Source: Pseudomonadota bacterium | GTDB taxonomy: Bacteria; Pseudomonadota; Gammaproteobacteria; Burkholderiales; Burkholderiaceae_C | NCBI GenBank assembly: GCA_040387815.1 | Contig: JAZKDA010000120.1 | Span: 21,041-85,040 of the forward strand | Length of the DNA: 64,000 nucleotides | Direction: 5' to 3' | Part shown: piece after piece, positions 9,494-18,808 of the stretch | Layout: every line of letters starts with the position of its first letter | Position numbering within the stretch: position 1 is the stretch's first letter | Program-made: the position numbers and the translations under genes | The notes under the pieces: generated by a model | What the model was told of the DNA's origin: nothing | The model's database searches: none | What the model saw: only the letters and a program-made list of their open reading frames with translations

Positions 9494-10932
9494 GCGGCCT
9501 TGGGTTGATCGGCCAACCAGATCAGCGGGCCGCCGCTCCAGGCAGGGGTCACGCCGGACAGGCAGGCGGCCACGTCGGTGAAGGCAGGATCCATGTCGGT
9601 CCAGGCGCTGGCCATGCGGGCCTGATCGGCCAGCGGCTTGCCGCGCAGCGCCTGCAGGCGGCTGCCATCACCCGGCGAACGCCAGGGCAGCGACCACAGC
9701 TTGGTCGCCAGCACCGCGAAGGTGGCGGCGGCTGCATCGTCGGCGGTGGCGATCTCGAGCACGCGGCCATAGGGGCCGGCCGGCGCCAACACGAGCTGGG
9801 TGCCCGAGGCGCCGGCCACGGCGCCATCGAGCACGCGCAGCGTGGCGCGGTGGGTGCGGCCGGCCGTGTCGGTGGCCTCCAGCGTGCCCGCCGGCAGCGC
9901 GGCGTCGGCCGCCTGAGGCAGCTTGACCTTGGCCAGGGCCTTGGCCCACTCGGCCGGGGCGTCAGGTCCGACGCGCAGCTGTGCAATGCCGGCATCGGAC
10001 GGCGGCGCGAGTTCGCGATCGGCCCGCAAGCGCTCCAGGAAAAGGGTGCGCACCATGTGCCCGGCAACCGGGTCGAACATCAGCCGCAGGAAGATGTTCA
10101 TCTCCACCGCGGTACCCTGGGCCAGCGGCAGGCGGGCGCCTTCGAGCACGCAGTCGGTGATGGCACTGTAGGCCGGGTAGTCACGGTAGTCGTCGGCACT
10201 CACGCCATGGCGGGCCGCGACGGCCTCGGCCACGCCCGGGCCTGGCAACGGCGCATCGTCCAGAGACAGGTGCGCAAACTTGCGCGTCATGTCCACTGGT
10301 GTGTGGTGCATGCCGCGCGCCAGGGCCTTGGCGGCATCCACCAGCGAAGCCGCAGGCGCCAATTGTGTGGCCAGGCCGAGCTTGAGCGCGGTGGCCGGAT
10401 CGACCGAACGGCCGGTCAGCAGCATGTCCATGCCGGTCTCGAAGCCCACCAGGCGTGGCAGCCGCTGGGTGCCGCCGGCGCCGGGCAGCAGGCCCCATCG
10501 CACCTCGGGCAAGCCCAGCTGCACCTTGGGATCGTCGACCACCACGCGCTCGCGGCAGGCCATGGTGAGCTCCAGGCCACCGCCCAGCGCCAGGCCGTTG
10601 CAGGCCGCGACGAAGGGTTTGGCCGAGGCTTCCAGCCGCACGAACTGGCGGCCCAGCCGGCCGCAGGTCTCGAACATCTGTTCGTGGGTGCTCGTGCGCG
10701 CGGCGTCGGTGTAGCCGCGCACCATCACCAGGTCGGCGCCGGCCAGGAAGGTCGGCTTGGCGGAGGTGATGACGCAGCTGCGCACGGCGTCGTCGCTGTC
10801 CACGCGGTCCATCAGCGCGTCGATCGCGTCCATCAGCTCGACCGAAAACACGTTCATCGAGCGGCCAGGCATGTCGATGGTGGCCAGCAGCACGCCATCG
10901 GCATCCAGCTCGGTGCGGATTTGTGGATTCAC
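9490..10932 (-). CDS. FadB/FadJ-type enoyl-CoA hydratase domain with degenerate C-terminal region
   Basis: DMPGRSMN, FLAGAD, GGGLEL, GLPEVRWGLLPGAGGTQRLPRL; no GxGxxG dehydrogenase motif follows. Confidence 0.85.
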   Translation of the reverse strand: MNPQIRTELDADGVLLATIDMPGRSMNVFSVELMDAIDALMDRVDSDDAVRSCVITSAKPTFLAGADLVMVRGYTDAARTSTHEQMFETCGRLGRQFVRLEASAKPFVAACNGLALGGGLELTMACRERVVVDDPKVQLGLPEVRWGLLPGAGGTQRLPRLVGFETGMDMLLTGRSVDPATALKLGLATQLAPAASLVDAAKALARGMHHTPVDMTRKFAHLSLDDAPLPGPGVAEAVAARHGVSADDYRDYPAYSAITDCVLEGARLPLAQGTAVEMNIFLRLMFDPVAGHMVRTLFLERLRADRELAPPSDAGIAQLRVGPDAPAEWAKALAKVKLPQAADAALPAGTLEATDTAGRTHRATLRVLDGAVAGASGTQLVLAPAGPYGRVLEIATADDAAAATFAVLATKLWSLPWRSPGDGSRLQALRGKPLADQARMASAWTDMDPAFTDVAACLSGVTPAWSGGPLIWLADQPKAA

Positions 10933-10948
10933 GGCGACGCTCTTTCGC

Positions 10949-11743
10949 TCAGGCGAACTTCTTGAAGTCGGGCTTGCGGCGCTCGTTGAATGCGCGCACG
11001 CCTTCCTTGGACTCTTCAGTCTGATAGAAGTGCTTGACAGTCTGGATGCCCTGGAAGCTGATGCCGCGAATGCTCTCGCTGTCGGCGGCGAACGAGCGCT
11101 TGATGATGGTCAGCGCGGTCGGGCTCATCTCGTTGATGTCCTTGCACCAGGCGTCCACTTCGGCGTCGAGCTGGTCATGCGGCACGACCTTGTTCACCAG
11201 GCCCATCGCGGCGGCCTCGGTGGCGCTGTAGCGCAGGCAGCGGAACCAGATCTCGCGGGCCTTCTTCTCGCCGACGATGCGGGCGAGGTAGGCGGTGCCC
11301 CAACCCGGATCGGCCGAGCCGACCTTGGGGCCGACCTGGCCGAAGGTGGCCTTCTCGCTGGCGATGGTCAGGTCGCAGATGGTGGCGAACACGTTGCCGC
11401 CGCCAATCGCGAAGCCCTGCACCTTGGCGATCGACACCTTGCGCAGGTCGCGCAGGGCGGTCTGCATCTCTTCGATGGGCATGCCCACCGTGCCGCGCGG
11501 ACCGTACAGGCCGTCTTCCGACAGGTGCACCTTCTGGTCGCCGCCGGTGCAAAAAGCCTTGTCGCCGGCGCCCGAGAGCACCATCACGTTGGCGCTTTTT
11601 TCCTCGTCGGCGCGGTGCAGCGCGTCGATCATCTCCTCCAGCGTCTGCAGACGGAAGGCGTTGTACACCTCCGGCCGGTTGATGGTGATGCGCACGACGC
11701 CGTCGCGCACTTCATAGAGGATGTCCTTGTATTCCTTGGCCAT
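10949..11743 (-). CDS. badI: 2-ketocyclohexanecarboxyl-CoA hydrolase (MenB-like crotonase)
   Basis: AFCTGGDQ, GGGNVFATICD, GQVGPKVGSADPGWG, GEKKAREIW; adjacent to badH-like and aliA-like genes. Confidence 0.85.
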   Translation of the reverse strand: MAKEYKDILYEVRDGVVRITINRPEVYNAFRLQTLEEMIDALHRADEEKSANVMVLSGAGDKAFCTGGDQKVHLSEDGLYGPRGTVGMPIEEMQTALRDLRKVSIAKVQGFAIGGGNVFATICDLTIASEKATFGQVGPKVGSADPGWGTAYLARIVGEKKAREIWFRCLRYSATEAAAMGLVNKVVPHDQLDAEVDAWCKDINEMSPTALTIIKRSFAADSESIRGISFQGIQTVKHFYQTEESKEGVRAFNERRKPDFKKFA

Positions 11744-11781
11744 GTTGAGCTCCAAATAGGTTCGAGTGAAATGACGTGGGG

Positions 11782-12552
11782 TCAGCCGTGCATCGACAGG
11801 CCGCCGGAGACGCTGATGGTCTGGCCGGTCATGAAGGCGGCGTCGTCGCTGGCCAGGAAGGCCACCAGGCCCGGGTAGTCGTCGGGCACGCCGATGCGGC
11901 CCAGCGGCACGCCGCGCACCATGGCGTCGCGGATCTTGGCGCCCTGCTCGCCGGTGCCCACAAAAGCGGTCATGGCGGGCGTGTCGGTGGGGCCGGGACA
12001 CACCGTGTTGACAGTCACGTTCGAGCGCGCCACCTCGCGGGCCAGCGCCTTGGCGAAGGCGATGGTCGCGCCCTTGCAGCCCGAATACACCACCTCGCCG
12101 CTGGAGCCGACCCGGCCCGCGTCGGAGGCGATGTTGATGATGCGGCCGGACTTGCGCTGGGCCATGCCCTGGGCGACGGCGTGCGTCATGTGCAAGGGGC
12201 CGAACCAGTTGATCGAGGTGACCTTCTTCCAGAAGGCCTCGTCGGTCTTGAGGAAGGGCATGGGGGTGTCCCAGCCGGCGTTGTTGACCAGGATGTCGGT
12301 ACCCTGGCCGGTCTGCTGCTCGAAGCTGGCCACGGCCGCGGTGACGGCGCCGTAGTCGGTGATGTCGCAGCTGACGGCGACGGCCTTGCCGCCGGCCGCC
12401 TCGATGGCGGCCACGGTCTGGCCGGCGCCGTCGGCATTGATGTCGAACACGCCGACAGTGATGCCCTCGGCGCCCAGGCGGGTGGCGATGGCGCGGCCGA
12501 TGCCGCTGCCGGCGCCGGTGACGATGGCGGTCTTGCCTTGCAGTCCTCGCAT
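11782..12552 (-). CDS. badH: 2-hydroxycyclohexanecarboxyl-CoA dehydrogenase (SDR)
   Basis: NNAGWD, IASDAGRVGSSGE, YSGCK, VCPGPTDT, SVSGGLSMHG; gene context. Confidence 0.85.
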   Translation of the reverse strand: MRGLQGKTAIVTGAGSGIGRAIATRLGAEGITVGVFDINADGAGQTVAAIEAAGGKAVAVSCDITDYGAVTAAVASFEQQTGQGTDILVNNAGWDTPMPFLKTDEAFWKKVTSINWFGPLHMTHAVAQGMAQRKSGRIINIASDAGRVGSSGEVVYSGCKGATIAFAKALAREVARSNVTVNTVCPGPTDTPAMTAFVGTGEQGAKIRDAMVRGVPLGRIGVPDDYPGLVAFLASDDAAFMTGQTISVSGGLSMHG

Positions 12553-12681
12553 TGAATTCTCCAGTGACAGTCGAAAAAATCAGGCCTTTCGGCGGCCGGG
12601 ACGTCCCGGCCGGCCGAGGGAATGACAAGCGGTCAGGCAGGGCTTGCGCCGGACCGTCATGTTTTGGTGCTGTGATGCATG

Positions 12682-12695
12682 ATACGCTAGTGAAC
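12682..12695. promoter_or_regulatory. GTAC-N6-GTAC operator variant (ATACGCTAGTGAAC)
   Basis: Overlaps a minus-strand TATCAT -10 candidate upstream of badH. Confidence 0.7.
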
Positions 12696-12841
12696 TATGC
12701 GGCCGCAACCCGCCACGCCGGCCCGACGACCGGGGTTTTCCCCACTCGTTCGACACCCTAGCAGCCGCACTTCGCTGCGGATCATCACCTAGGGTTTGTC
12801 CTAGCGTTATTTCACAGACGCATGGCGACGCGGCTCATACA

Positions 12842-12855
12842 GTACAGTACCGTAC
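12842..12855. promoter_or_regulatory. GTAC-N6-GTAC operator (GTACAGTACCGTAC)
   Basis: Overlaps TACTAT -10 candidate upstream of aliA copy 1. Confidence 0.75.
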
Positions 12856-12905
12856 TATATTGGACCGGGCGTGCGCCGTGCCCCGCCCCAGGAGACCCCG
12901 CCTCG

Positions 12906-14534
12906 ATGAACACCCCCCGTTTCGACGCCGCCGCCCACGCCCGCGCCATGCGCGAGCAGGGTTTCTGGCGCGACACCAACTACGACGATTTCCTGATGCG
13001 GACGGTCGCGGCCACGCCCGACAAGCTCGCTGTCGTGGCGTACCGCGCAGACCGCGAAGGCACGCAACGGTTCAGCTACCGAGCCTTCGCCGACCTGGTG
13101 GCCCGGGTGGCCGCCTCGCTGCGCGGCCTGGGCGTGGGCCCTGGCGACATCGTGGCCCTGCAGGTGCCCAACTGGTGGGAGTTCGTGGTGACGGTTCTGG
13201 CCACCAACCGCATCGGCGCGGTGGTCAACCCGCTGATGCCCATCTTTCGCGAGCGCGAGCTGTCCTACATGCTGGGCTTCGCGCAGGCCAAGGTGCTGGT
13301 GGTGCCGCGCGTATTCCGGGGCTTTGACCACGAAGCCATGGCGCGCGATCTCAGGCCAGGGCTGCCGGATCTCAAGCACGTGATCGTGATCGACGGCCAG
13401 GGCGACAACAGCTTCGACAAGATGCTGCTGTCCGGCGCCGACCGGCTGGCGCCGAGCCAGCCGCCGCTGCTCGCGCCCGACGCCATGGCGGTGATGATGT
13501 TCACCTCCGGCACCACCGGCTCGCCCAAGGGGGTGATGCACAGCACCAATACCCTGGTGGCCAACAGCCACTCGTTGTCGGGCCGCTTCGGCCTGACCGC
13601 CGACGACGTGCTGCTGGCCTGCTCACCGCTGGGCCACATGACGGGCTACGCCGCGGTGCTGAACCTGAGCCTGTCCATCGGCGGCACCATGGTGTTGCAG
13701 GACGTCTGGGAAGTAAAGCGCGGCGTCGCCATCATGGCCGACGAAGGCGTGACCTACACCGCGGCCTCCACGCCCTTCCTGTCGGACATCGTCGAAACCG
13801 TCGCCGGCGGCGCGCAGCGCCCGGCCCGGCTTCGTTCCTTCCTGTGCGGCGGCGCGCCGATCCCGCCGGTACTGATCGAACGCGCCAAGCGCGAGCTCGG
13901 CCTGACCGTGTGCTCGCTGTTCGGCATGACCGAGGCCTTGTCGGCCACCCTGACCGAGCCCGCCCGTGCCCATGACAAATCGGCCACCACCGACGGCCGC
14001 GCCCTGGAGGGGGTCGGCGTGAAGGTGGTCGACGAGCAAGGCCATGAATGTCCGCGCGGCACCACTGGCCGGCTGCTGACCAGCGGCGCCCAGATGTTCC
14101 TGGGCTATTTCAAGCGCCCCGACATCGAGAGCTTCGACGACCAGGGCTGGTTCGACACCGGCGACCTGGCCTACATGGACGACGAGGGCTACATCCGCAT
14201 CAACGGCCGCACCAAGGACGTGCTGATCCGCGGCGGCGAGAACGTGCCCGTGGTCGAGATCGAGGCCCTGCTGTACCAGCACCCGGCGGTCGCCGTCGCG
14301 GCGCTGGTGGGCTACCCCGACGCCCGCCTGGGCGAGCGCGGCTGCGCCTGCGTGACCCTGCGCCCCGGCGCCAGCCTCACCCTGGCCGAGCTGCAGGCCT
14401 ACATGGCGCAGTGCAAGGTGGCCAAGAACTACTGGCCCGAGCGACTGGAGATCATGCCGGACATGCCGCGCACCCCCGCCGGCAAGATCCAGAAGTTCAA
14501 GTTGCGTGAGATGGCCGCGGGTGAACGCAAATGA
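12906..14534 (+). CDS. aliA: Cyclohexanecarboxylate-CoA ligase-like acyl-CoA synthetase, copy 1
   Basis: PNWWEF, NPLMPIFRERE, FTSGTTGSPKGVMH, ASTPF, RGGENVPVVEIE, YWPERLE; divergent from badH-badI. Confidence 0.8.
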   Translation: MNTPRFDAAAHARAMREQGFWRDTNYDDFLMRTVAATPDKLAVVAYRADREGTQRFSYRAFADLVARVAASLRGLGVGPGDIVALQVPNWWEFVVTVLATNRIGAVVNPLMPIFRERELSYMLGFAQAKVLVVPRVFRGFDHEAMARDLRPGLPDLKHVIVIDGQGDNSFDKMLLSGADRLAPSQPPLLAPDAMAVMMFTSGTTGSPKGVMHSTNTLVANSHSLSGRFGLTADDVLLACSPLGHMTGYAAVLNLSLSIGGTMVLQDVWEVKRGVAIMADEGVTYTAASTPFLSDIVETVAGGAQRPARLRSFLCGGAPIPPVLIERAKRELGLTVCSLFGMTEALSATLTEPARAHDKSATTDGRALEGVGVKVVDEQGHECPRGTTGRLLTSGAQMFLGYFKRPDIESFDDQGWFDTGDLAYMDDEGYIRINGRTKDVLIRGGENVPVVEIEALLYQHPAVAVAALVGYPDARLGERGCACVTLRPGASLTLAELQAYMAQCKVAKNYWPERLEIMPDMPRTPAGKIQKFKLREMAAGERK

Positions 14535-14541
14535 GCCAGAA

Positions 14542-15354
14542 ATGAGCGCGCACTTTCACCTTCGACGCGATGACGACGGCGTGGCCGTCCTCACGCTGGC
14601 AAGGCCCGAGCGCCTGAACGCGCTGACCGACGACATGGTGACCGACCTCGGCCGCCTGCTCGACGATCTGGCCAAGGATGCACAGATGCGGGCGCTGATC
14701 CTCACCGGCGAGGGCCGCGGGTTCTGCGCCGGCTTCGACCTGGGCCTGGCCACCGCCGCGCCCGATCAGGACACCCTGGGCGAGGCCGCCGCCTGGACGG
14801 TGCGGCAGGAATCTTTCGCCGGGCTGGTGACCAAGTTGCGCGCGCTGCGCGTGCCGGTGATTGCCGCCGTCAACGGACTGGCCAACGGCGCCGGCCTGGG
14901 CCTGGCCTTGGCCGCCGAGATCCGCTATGCCGCCAGCTCCGCGCGCTTCAATGCCGCCTTCGTGAACGTGGGCATGTCCGCCTGCGACATCGGCGTGAGC
15001 TGGCTGCTGCCACGTTGCGTTGGCCTGTCGAACTCGTTCGAGATCATGCTCACCGGCCGCATGGTCGACGCCGACGAGGCCCTGCGCATCGGCCTGGTGT
15101 CGGCAACCGTGCCCGACGACGCGCTGATGCCGCGCGCCCTTGAGACGGCGCGCCTGATCGCTTCGCGCCATCCCTTCGGCATGTGGATGACCAAGCGCAG
15201 CGGCTGGGCCAATGTGGAGGCGGGCAGCCTGCAGGCGGCCATCGAGCTGGAGAATCGCACGCAGATCCTGGCGCGCACCACCGGTGAGCTGCAACGCGCC
15301 GCCGAGGCGCTGGTCGCGCGCCGAAAGACTGGATCCCCGCCTTCGCGGGGATGA
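14542..15354 (+). CDS. Enoyl-CoA hydratase/isomerase family protein
   Basis: RPERLNAL, GRGFCAGFD, AAVNGLANGAG crotonase motifs. Confidence 0.9.
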   Translation: MSAHFHLRRDDDGVAVLTLARPERLNALTDDMVTDLGRLLDDLAKDAQMRALILTGEGRGFCAGFDLGLATAAPDQDTLGEAAAWTVRQESFAGLVTKLRALRVPVIAAVNGLANGAGLGLALAAEIRYAASSARFNAAFVNVGMSACDIGVSWLLPRCVGLSNSFEIMLTGRMVDADEALRIGLVSATVPDDALMPRALETARLIASRHPFGMWMTKRSGWANVEAGSLQAAIELENRTQILARTTGELQRAAEALVARRKTGSPPSRG

Positions 15355-15356
15355 CG
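15329..15356 (+). repeat. REP-like palindrome CTGGATCCCCGCCTTCGCGGGGATGACG
   Basis: Hairpin nearly identical to copies at 46888-46950; lies between convergent genes. Confidence 0.8.
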
Positions 15357-15360
15357 CAAC

Positions 15361-15819
15361 TCAGGACTTTCGTCCCTGCATCAAGGCTTCGATCATGGTC
15401 GGGGCGTTGTATTCGATCAGGCACAGCCGGATGCCGAACACGTCGTCCGGATGGAGGATGACCTCGCGCAGGCCGCCCACCCGGTGGTCGGCGACGACGC
15501 GAACGCCACGGCGCTGAAGCTCCGTCTTGGCCTCGTCCATGTCGCTGACCTTGAAATGAATGTTGCGATTGCCTTCGCGTTTCGGCTCGGGCTTGGTCTC
15601 GATCAACTCGAAAAAGCCGCGCTTGTCGATCGCGATGCGGGTCGCGCTCAGATCGGGCTGCTTGGCATCGGCGGCGTCCACCGCGCTGGGCTGGACCGCG
15701 ATGTCCTGGCCCAGGCGGAAATGCTGGAACTCGATGTTGAAGACCTCGGAAAAGAAGGTCATGGCCTTCTCGAGGTTCTTCACGTCGATGCCGAAAACCT
15801 CGATTTTTTCAACCTTCAT
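15361..15819 (-). CDS. VOC (glyoxalase/epimerase) family protein
   Basis: IDVKNLEKAMTFF, FELIE, IHFKVSDMDEA, LHPDDVFGIRLCLIE pattern. Confidence 0.8.
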   Translation of the reverse strand: MKVEKIEVFGIDVKNLEKAMTFFSEVFNIEFQHFRLGQDIAVQPSAVDAADAKQPDLSATRIAIDKRGFFELIETKPEPKREGNRNIHFKVSDMDEAKTELQRRGVRVVADHRVGGLREVILHPDDVFGIRLCLIEYNAPTMIEALMQGRKS

Positions 15820-15861
15820 CGGATGCCCCTGTTTTCGTGAATGAACGGGATGGCCATGGCC

Positions 15862-16845
15862 TCAAAGCCGGCCGGCGGCTTTGGCGCGAATGCGCAGCAA
15901 GGCATAGACCTCGTCGATGGTCGGCGTGGTCACGCCCGCCAGCTCGCGCATGGCCTGCACCGAGTCGGTGAGCACGTCGATCTCCAGCGGACGGCCGCGC
16001 TCCCAGTCCTGCAGCATGGACATCTTGTGCTTGCCCGAGTTGCGCGCGGCCTCGATGCGTTGGTCGATGGTGATTGGCCAGGACTTCACCCCCAGCGCCT
16101 CGGCCACCACTTCGGCTTCGCGCATAACGCGACGCACCAGTTGCACCACGGCGGGATCGTTGGTGAGCATGTCGTTGGTGGCCTGGGTGAGAACGCCCAG
16201 CGGGTTCCAGCTCAGGCTGCTGATCATCTTGGCCCAGATCCAGGCGCGGATGTCGGGCACGACCTGGGCGTTCATGCCGGCGTCGTTCATCGCCTTGGCC
16301 AGGCGCGTCACACGGGGGCTCTCGCTGCCGTCGGGTTCGCCGATCGGAAAGCGCAACAGCGCGCCGTCGTGGTGGATCACGCCCGGCTCGGGCACCTCGG
16401 CGGCCACCCAGTAGACGCAGCCGACCGCACGCTCGGGGCTCAAGACTTGCCACTGCTGCCCGCCGGGATCGAGCCGCGGAATCTGCCGCCCGGCGTGCGG
16501 GCCGGCCAGGCCGTGGAAGTACCAGTACGGGATGCCGGTGGTCGGCGGCAGCACCATGGTGTCGGGACCGAGCAGCGTGGCGATGCCGGCAAGCGCCGAC
16601 GTCAGCTGGTGCTGCTTGAGCGAAATGAAAACGACGTCCTGCTTACCCAGGGTCTCGGGCCGGTCGGTGGCCGTCACGCGGGCGGTGACGTCGCCGGACG
16701 GCGAAGTCAGGCGCAGCCCGCGCTCGCGAATCGCGGCCAGGTGCTCGCCCCGGGCGACCACGCTGACCTCGACGCCGGGAACCTGAGACAGGCGGGCGGC
16801 GACAAAGCCGCCGATGGCGCCCGCGCCGAAAATGCAAATCTTCAT
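15862..16845 (-). CDS. Ketopantoate reductase (PanE/ApbA) family oxidoreductase
   Basis: GAGAIGG, ARGEHL, GIPYWYF, WAKM, SMLQD, RPLEID motifs. Confidence 0.9.
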   Translation of the reverse strand: MKICIFGAGAIGGFVAARLSQVPGVEVSVVARGEHLAAIRERGLRLTSPSGDVTARVTATDRPETLGKQDVVFISLKQHQLTSALAGIATLLGPDTMVLPPTTGIPYWYFHGLAGPHAGRQIPRLDPGGQQWQVLSPERAVGCVYWVAAEVPEPGVIHHDGALLRFPIGEPDGSESPRVTRLAKAMNDAGMNAQVVPDIRAWIWAKMISSLSWNPLGVLTQATNDMLTNDPAVVQLVRRVMREAEVVAEALGVKSWPITIDQRIEAARNSGKHKMSMLQDWERGRPLEIDVLTDSVQAMRELAGVTTPTIDEVYALLRIRAKAAGRL

Positions 16846-16867
16846 GGGAATGTCCTTGATGGGGGGT

Positions 16868-17743
16868 TCAGGGCCGCAGCTCGCAGGTGCCGCGATCGAT
16901 CAGGCGGACGCCGCGCTCGACCGCTTCGGCACGAAAGCGCACCCGAGCCGGTCCGTCGCGAAACATGCTGACACGCACCGTATCGCCGGGCAGCCCAGGT
17001 GCCACAAAGCGCGCACCGAAAGACAGCAGGCGCTCGGGCTGGCCCGGCGCGAAGTGCTTGAGCACCGCGCGGCAGGCCCGGCCCAGGTTGTTCAGTCCGT
17101 GGGAGATGGGGACCTCGAAGCCGGCCTCGCGGGCGATGGCCGGATCGGCGTGGATCGGCATCCAGTCGCGGCTGACCGCCCGATACAGCAGGGCGGCCTG
17201 CCGCGTCTGGGCGATGTCCATCACGGCGTCGGGTTTCGCGTCTTCGGGGATCGCAGCCAAGGGCTCGGCCGGCGTACCGCTGCTGCCGCAACCGCCGTCG
17301 CCGCGCATGAAGGCCATGCTCTGCAACGTGGCCAGCAGCTCGTTGCTGTCGCGGTCGTAGAGTTTCGTGTCCATCTGGAGCACCGCGCCGCGGCCGGCGC
17401 CCTTGTCCGACACAGCCGCGACATGGTGTTGGGCCCGCACGCGACCGGAGGCCGGCAGCGGCTTGTGGATCTGAAAGCGTTCCTCGCCGTGCAGGAGGTG
17501 CTTCCAGTCGATGCCAGTGGCGGGGTCATCCTGCCAGAACGGGATCCAGCCCAGCACCATGCACTGGGCCGGCACCACTTTCGGCGCGCCGCCGCCCTGC
17601 CCTTCGTAAACGTAGGGCAGCTCGTCGGCGTCCAGCGGGTCACTGCCCATGCCCAGCGACAGCGCATACAGCAGGCTGTCGCGCATCTCGTAGTCCTGGT
17701 CGGTGGGCGCAAAGCGCAAGGACAACACGTGTTGGAGGTTCAT
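16868..17743 (-). CDS. MaoC-type double hot-dog (R)-enoyl-CoA hydratase
   Basis: LLHGEE, DKGAGRGA, LYR..DWMPIHADP, ISHGL motifs. Confidence 0.9.
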   Translation of the reverse strand: MNLQHVLSLRFAPTDQDYEMRDSLLYALSLGMGSDPLDADELPYVYEGQGGGAPKVVPAQCMVLGWIPFWQDDPATGIDWKHLLHGEERFQIHKPLPASGRVRAQHHVAAVSDKGAGRGAVLQMDTKLYDRDSNELLATLQSMAFMRGDGGCGSSGTPAEPLAAIPEDAKPDAVMDIAQTRQAALLYRAVSRDWMPIHADPAIAREAGFEVPISHGLNNLGRACRAVLKHFAPGQPERLLSFGARFVAPGLPGDTVRVSMFRDGPARVRFRAEAVERGVRLIDRGTCELRP

Positions 17744-17752
17744 GACGTTCCT

Positions 17753-18784
17753 TCAGCCGATCGTCACGAGGACTTTGCCGAACTGCTCGCCGGCACTGAG
17801 CCGGTCGAAGGCGTCGGTGACTTGCGCCAGCGGGTAGACCTTGTCGATCACGGGCTTGAGCCCGCCGCGCCCGAACAAGGCCAGCAGCTGGCGGAACTCC
17901 TCCATCGAACCACCGGTCGAGCCGTAGACCTCGAGCTGGCGAATGAACATGCGTTGCAGGTCGGCGCCGGGATTGGAGCCGGTGGTCGCGCCGCAGGTGA
18001 CCAGGCGCCCGCCGCGGCGCAGGCTGCGCAGCGAATCGCCCCAGCTGGCCGCCCCCACGCTGTCGATGACCATGTCCACGCCCTCGCCGGCGGTGTGGGC
18101 CAGCACCTGCTCGTAGACCTTCTTTTCGGTGCGGTAGTTGACGCCGCCACTGGCGCCCATGGCAATGGCGCGCTGGATCTTGTCGTCGCTGCTGCTGGTC
18201 ACCAGCACACGGGCGCCGGCCATCAGAGCCAGTTGCAGGGCGGCCACCGCCACGCCGCCGCCGATGCCGACGATGAGCACGGTTTCGCCGGCGACCAGCG
18301 GACGGGCCTTGCCAAACAGCATGCGCCAGGCCGTGAGGTGGCCCACCATCAGCGCGCCGGCGCCTTGCAGGTCCGCATCGTCGGACAAGGGCAATACGCA
18401 ATACGCCGGCGTGGCGAAGTACTCGGCCAAAGTTCCGTGCCGGTGCTCGCCCTGGATGTTGGCCTTGGTGCACAGGGTCTGGTCGCCGGACAGGCAATAG
18501 CGGCACGTGCCGCAGAACGCGTTGGAAAACAGGATGGCCTTCTGACCGACCTTGAGGCCGCTGCCGGCCGGCGCGTGTTCAATCACGCCCGCGCCTTCCA
18601 CGCCCTGGATCAGCGGCAGGCTGTGGGTGATGCCCACACCCACATCGCGCATGTACAGGTCGACCCGGTTCAGACCCACCGAATGCATCCGCAGCACGGC
18701 GTCGCCCGGGCCGGGGGTGGGGTCGGCAATGTCGCGGACTTTCAGGCCCTCGCGGCCACGGGTTTCTAGAACGGCTGCTCGCAT
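17753..18784 (-). CDS. Zinc-binding MDR/quinone oxidoreductase-like dehydrogenase
   Basis: Structural Zn motif CGTCRYC..LC, GIGGGVA, CGATTG, QFGKVL. Confidence 0.9.
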   Translation of the reverse strand: MRAAVLETRGREGLKVRDIADPTPGPGDAVLRMHSVGLNRVDLYMRDVGVGITHSLPLIQGVEGAGVIEHAPAGSGLKVGQKAILFSNAFCGTCRYCLSGDQTLCTKANIQGEHRHGTLAEYFATPAYCVLPLSDDADLQGAGALMVGHLTAWRMLFGKARPLVAGETVLIVGIGGGVAVAALQLALMAGARVLVTSSSDDKIQRAIAMGASGGVNYRTEKKVYEQVLAHTAGEGVDMVIDSVGAASWGDSLRSLRRGGRLVTCGATTGSNPGADLQRMFIRQLEVYGSTGGSMEEFRQLLALFGRGGLKPVIDKVYPLAQVTDAFDRLSAGEQFGKVLVTIG

Positions 18785-18808
18785 GGAAAACCTGCCTCGT
18801 CGATTGGA

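Noticed and set aside
10949-11743. menB (menaquinone synthesis)
   Set aside because: No other men genes; next to badH and aliA with BadI-type motifs
12593-12612. Perfect 20-bp GC palindrome CGGCCGGGACGTCCCGGCCG in the badH leader
   Set aside because: Single copy, very GC-rich, no U-tract or recognisable riboswitch; function unsupported
15862-16845. panE for pantothenate synthesis
   Set aside because: GIPYWYF subfamily in a catabolic operon; symbol not assigned
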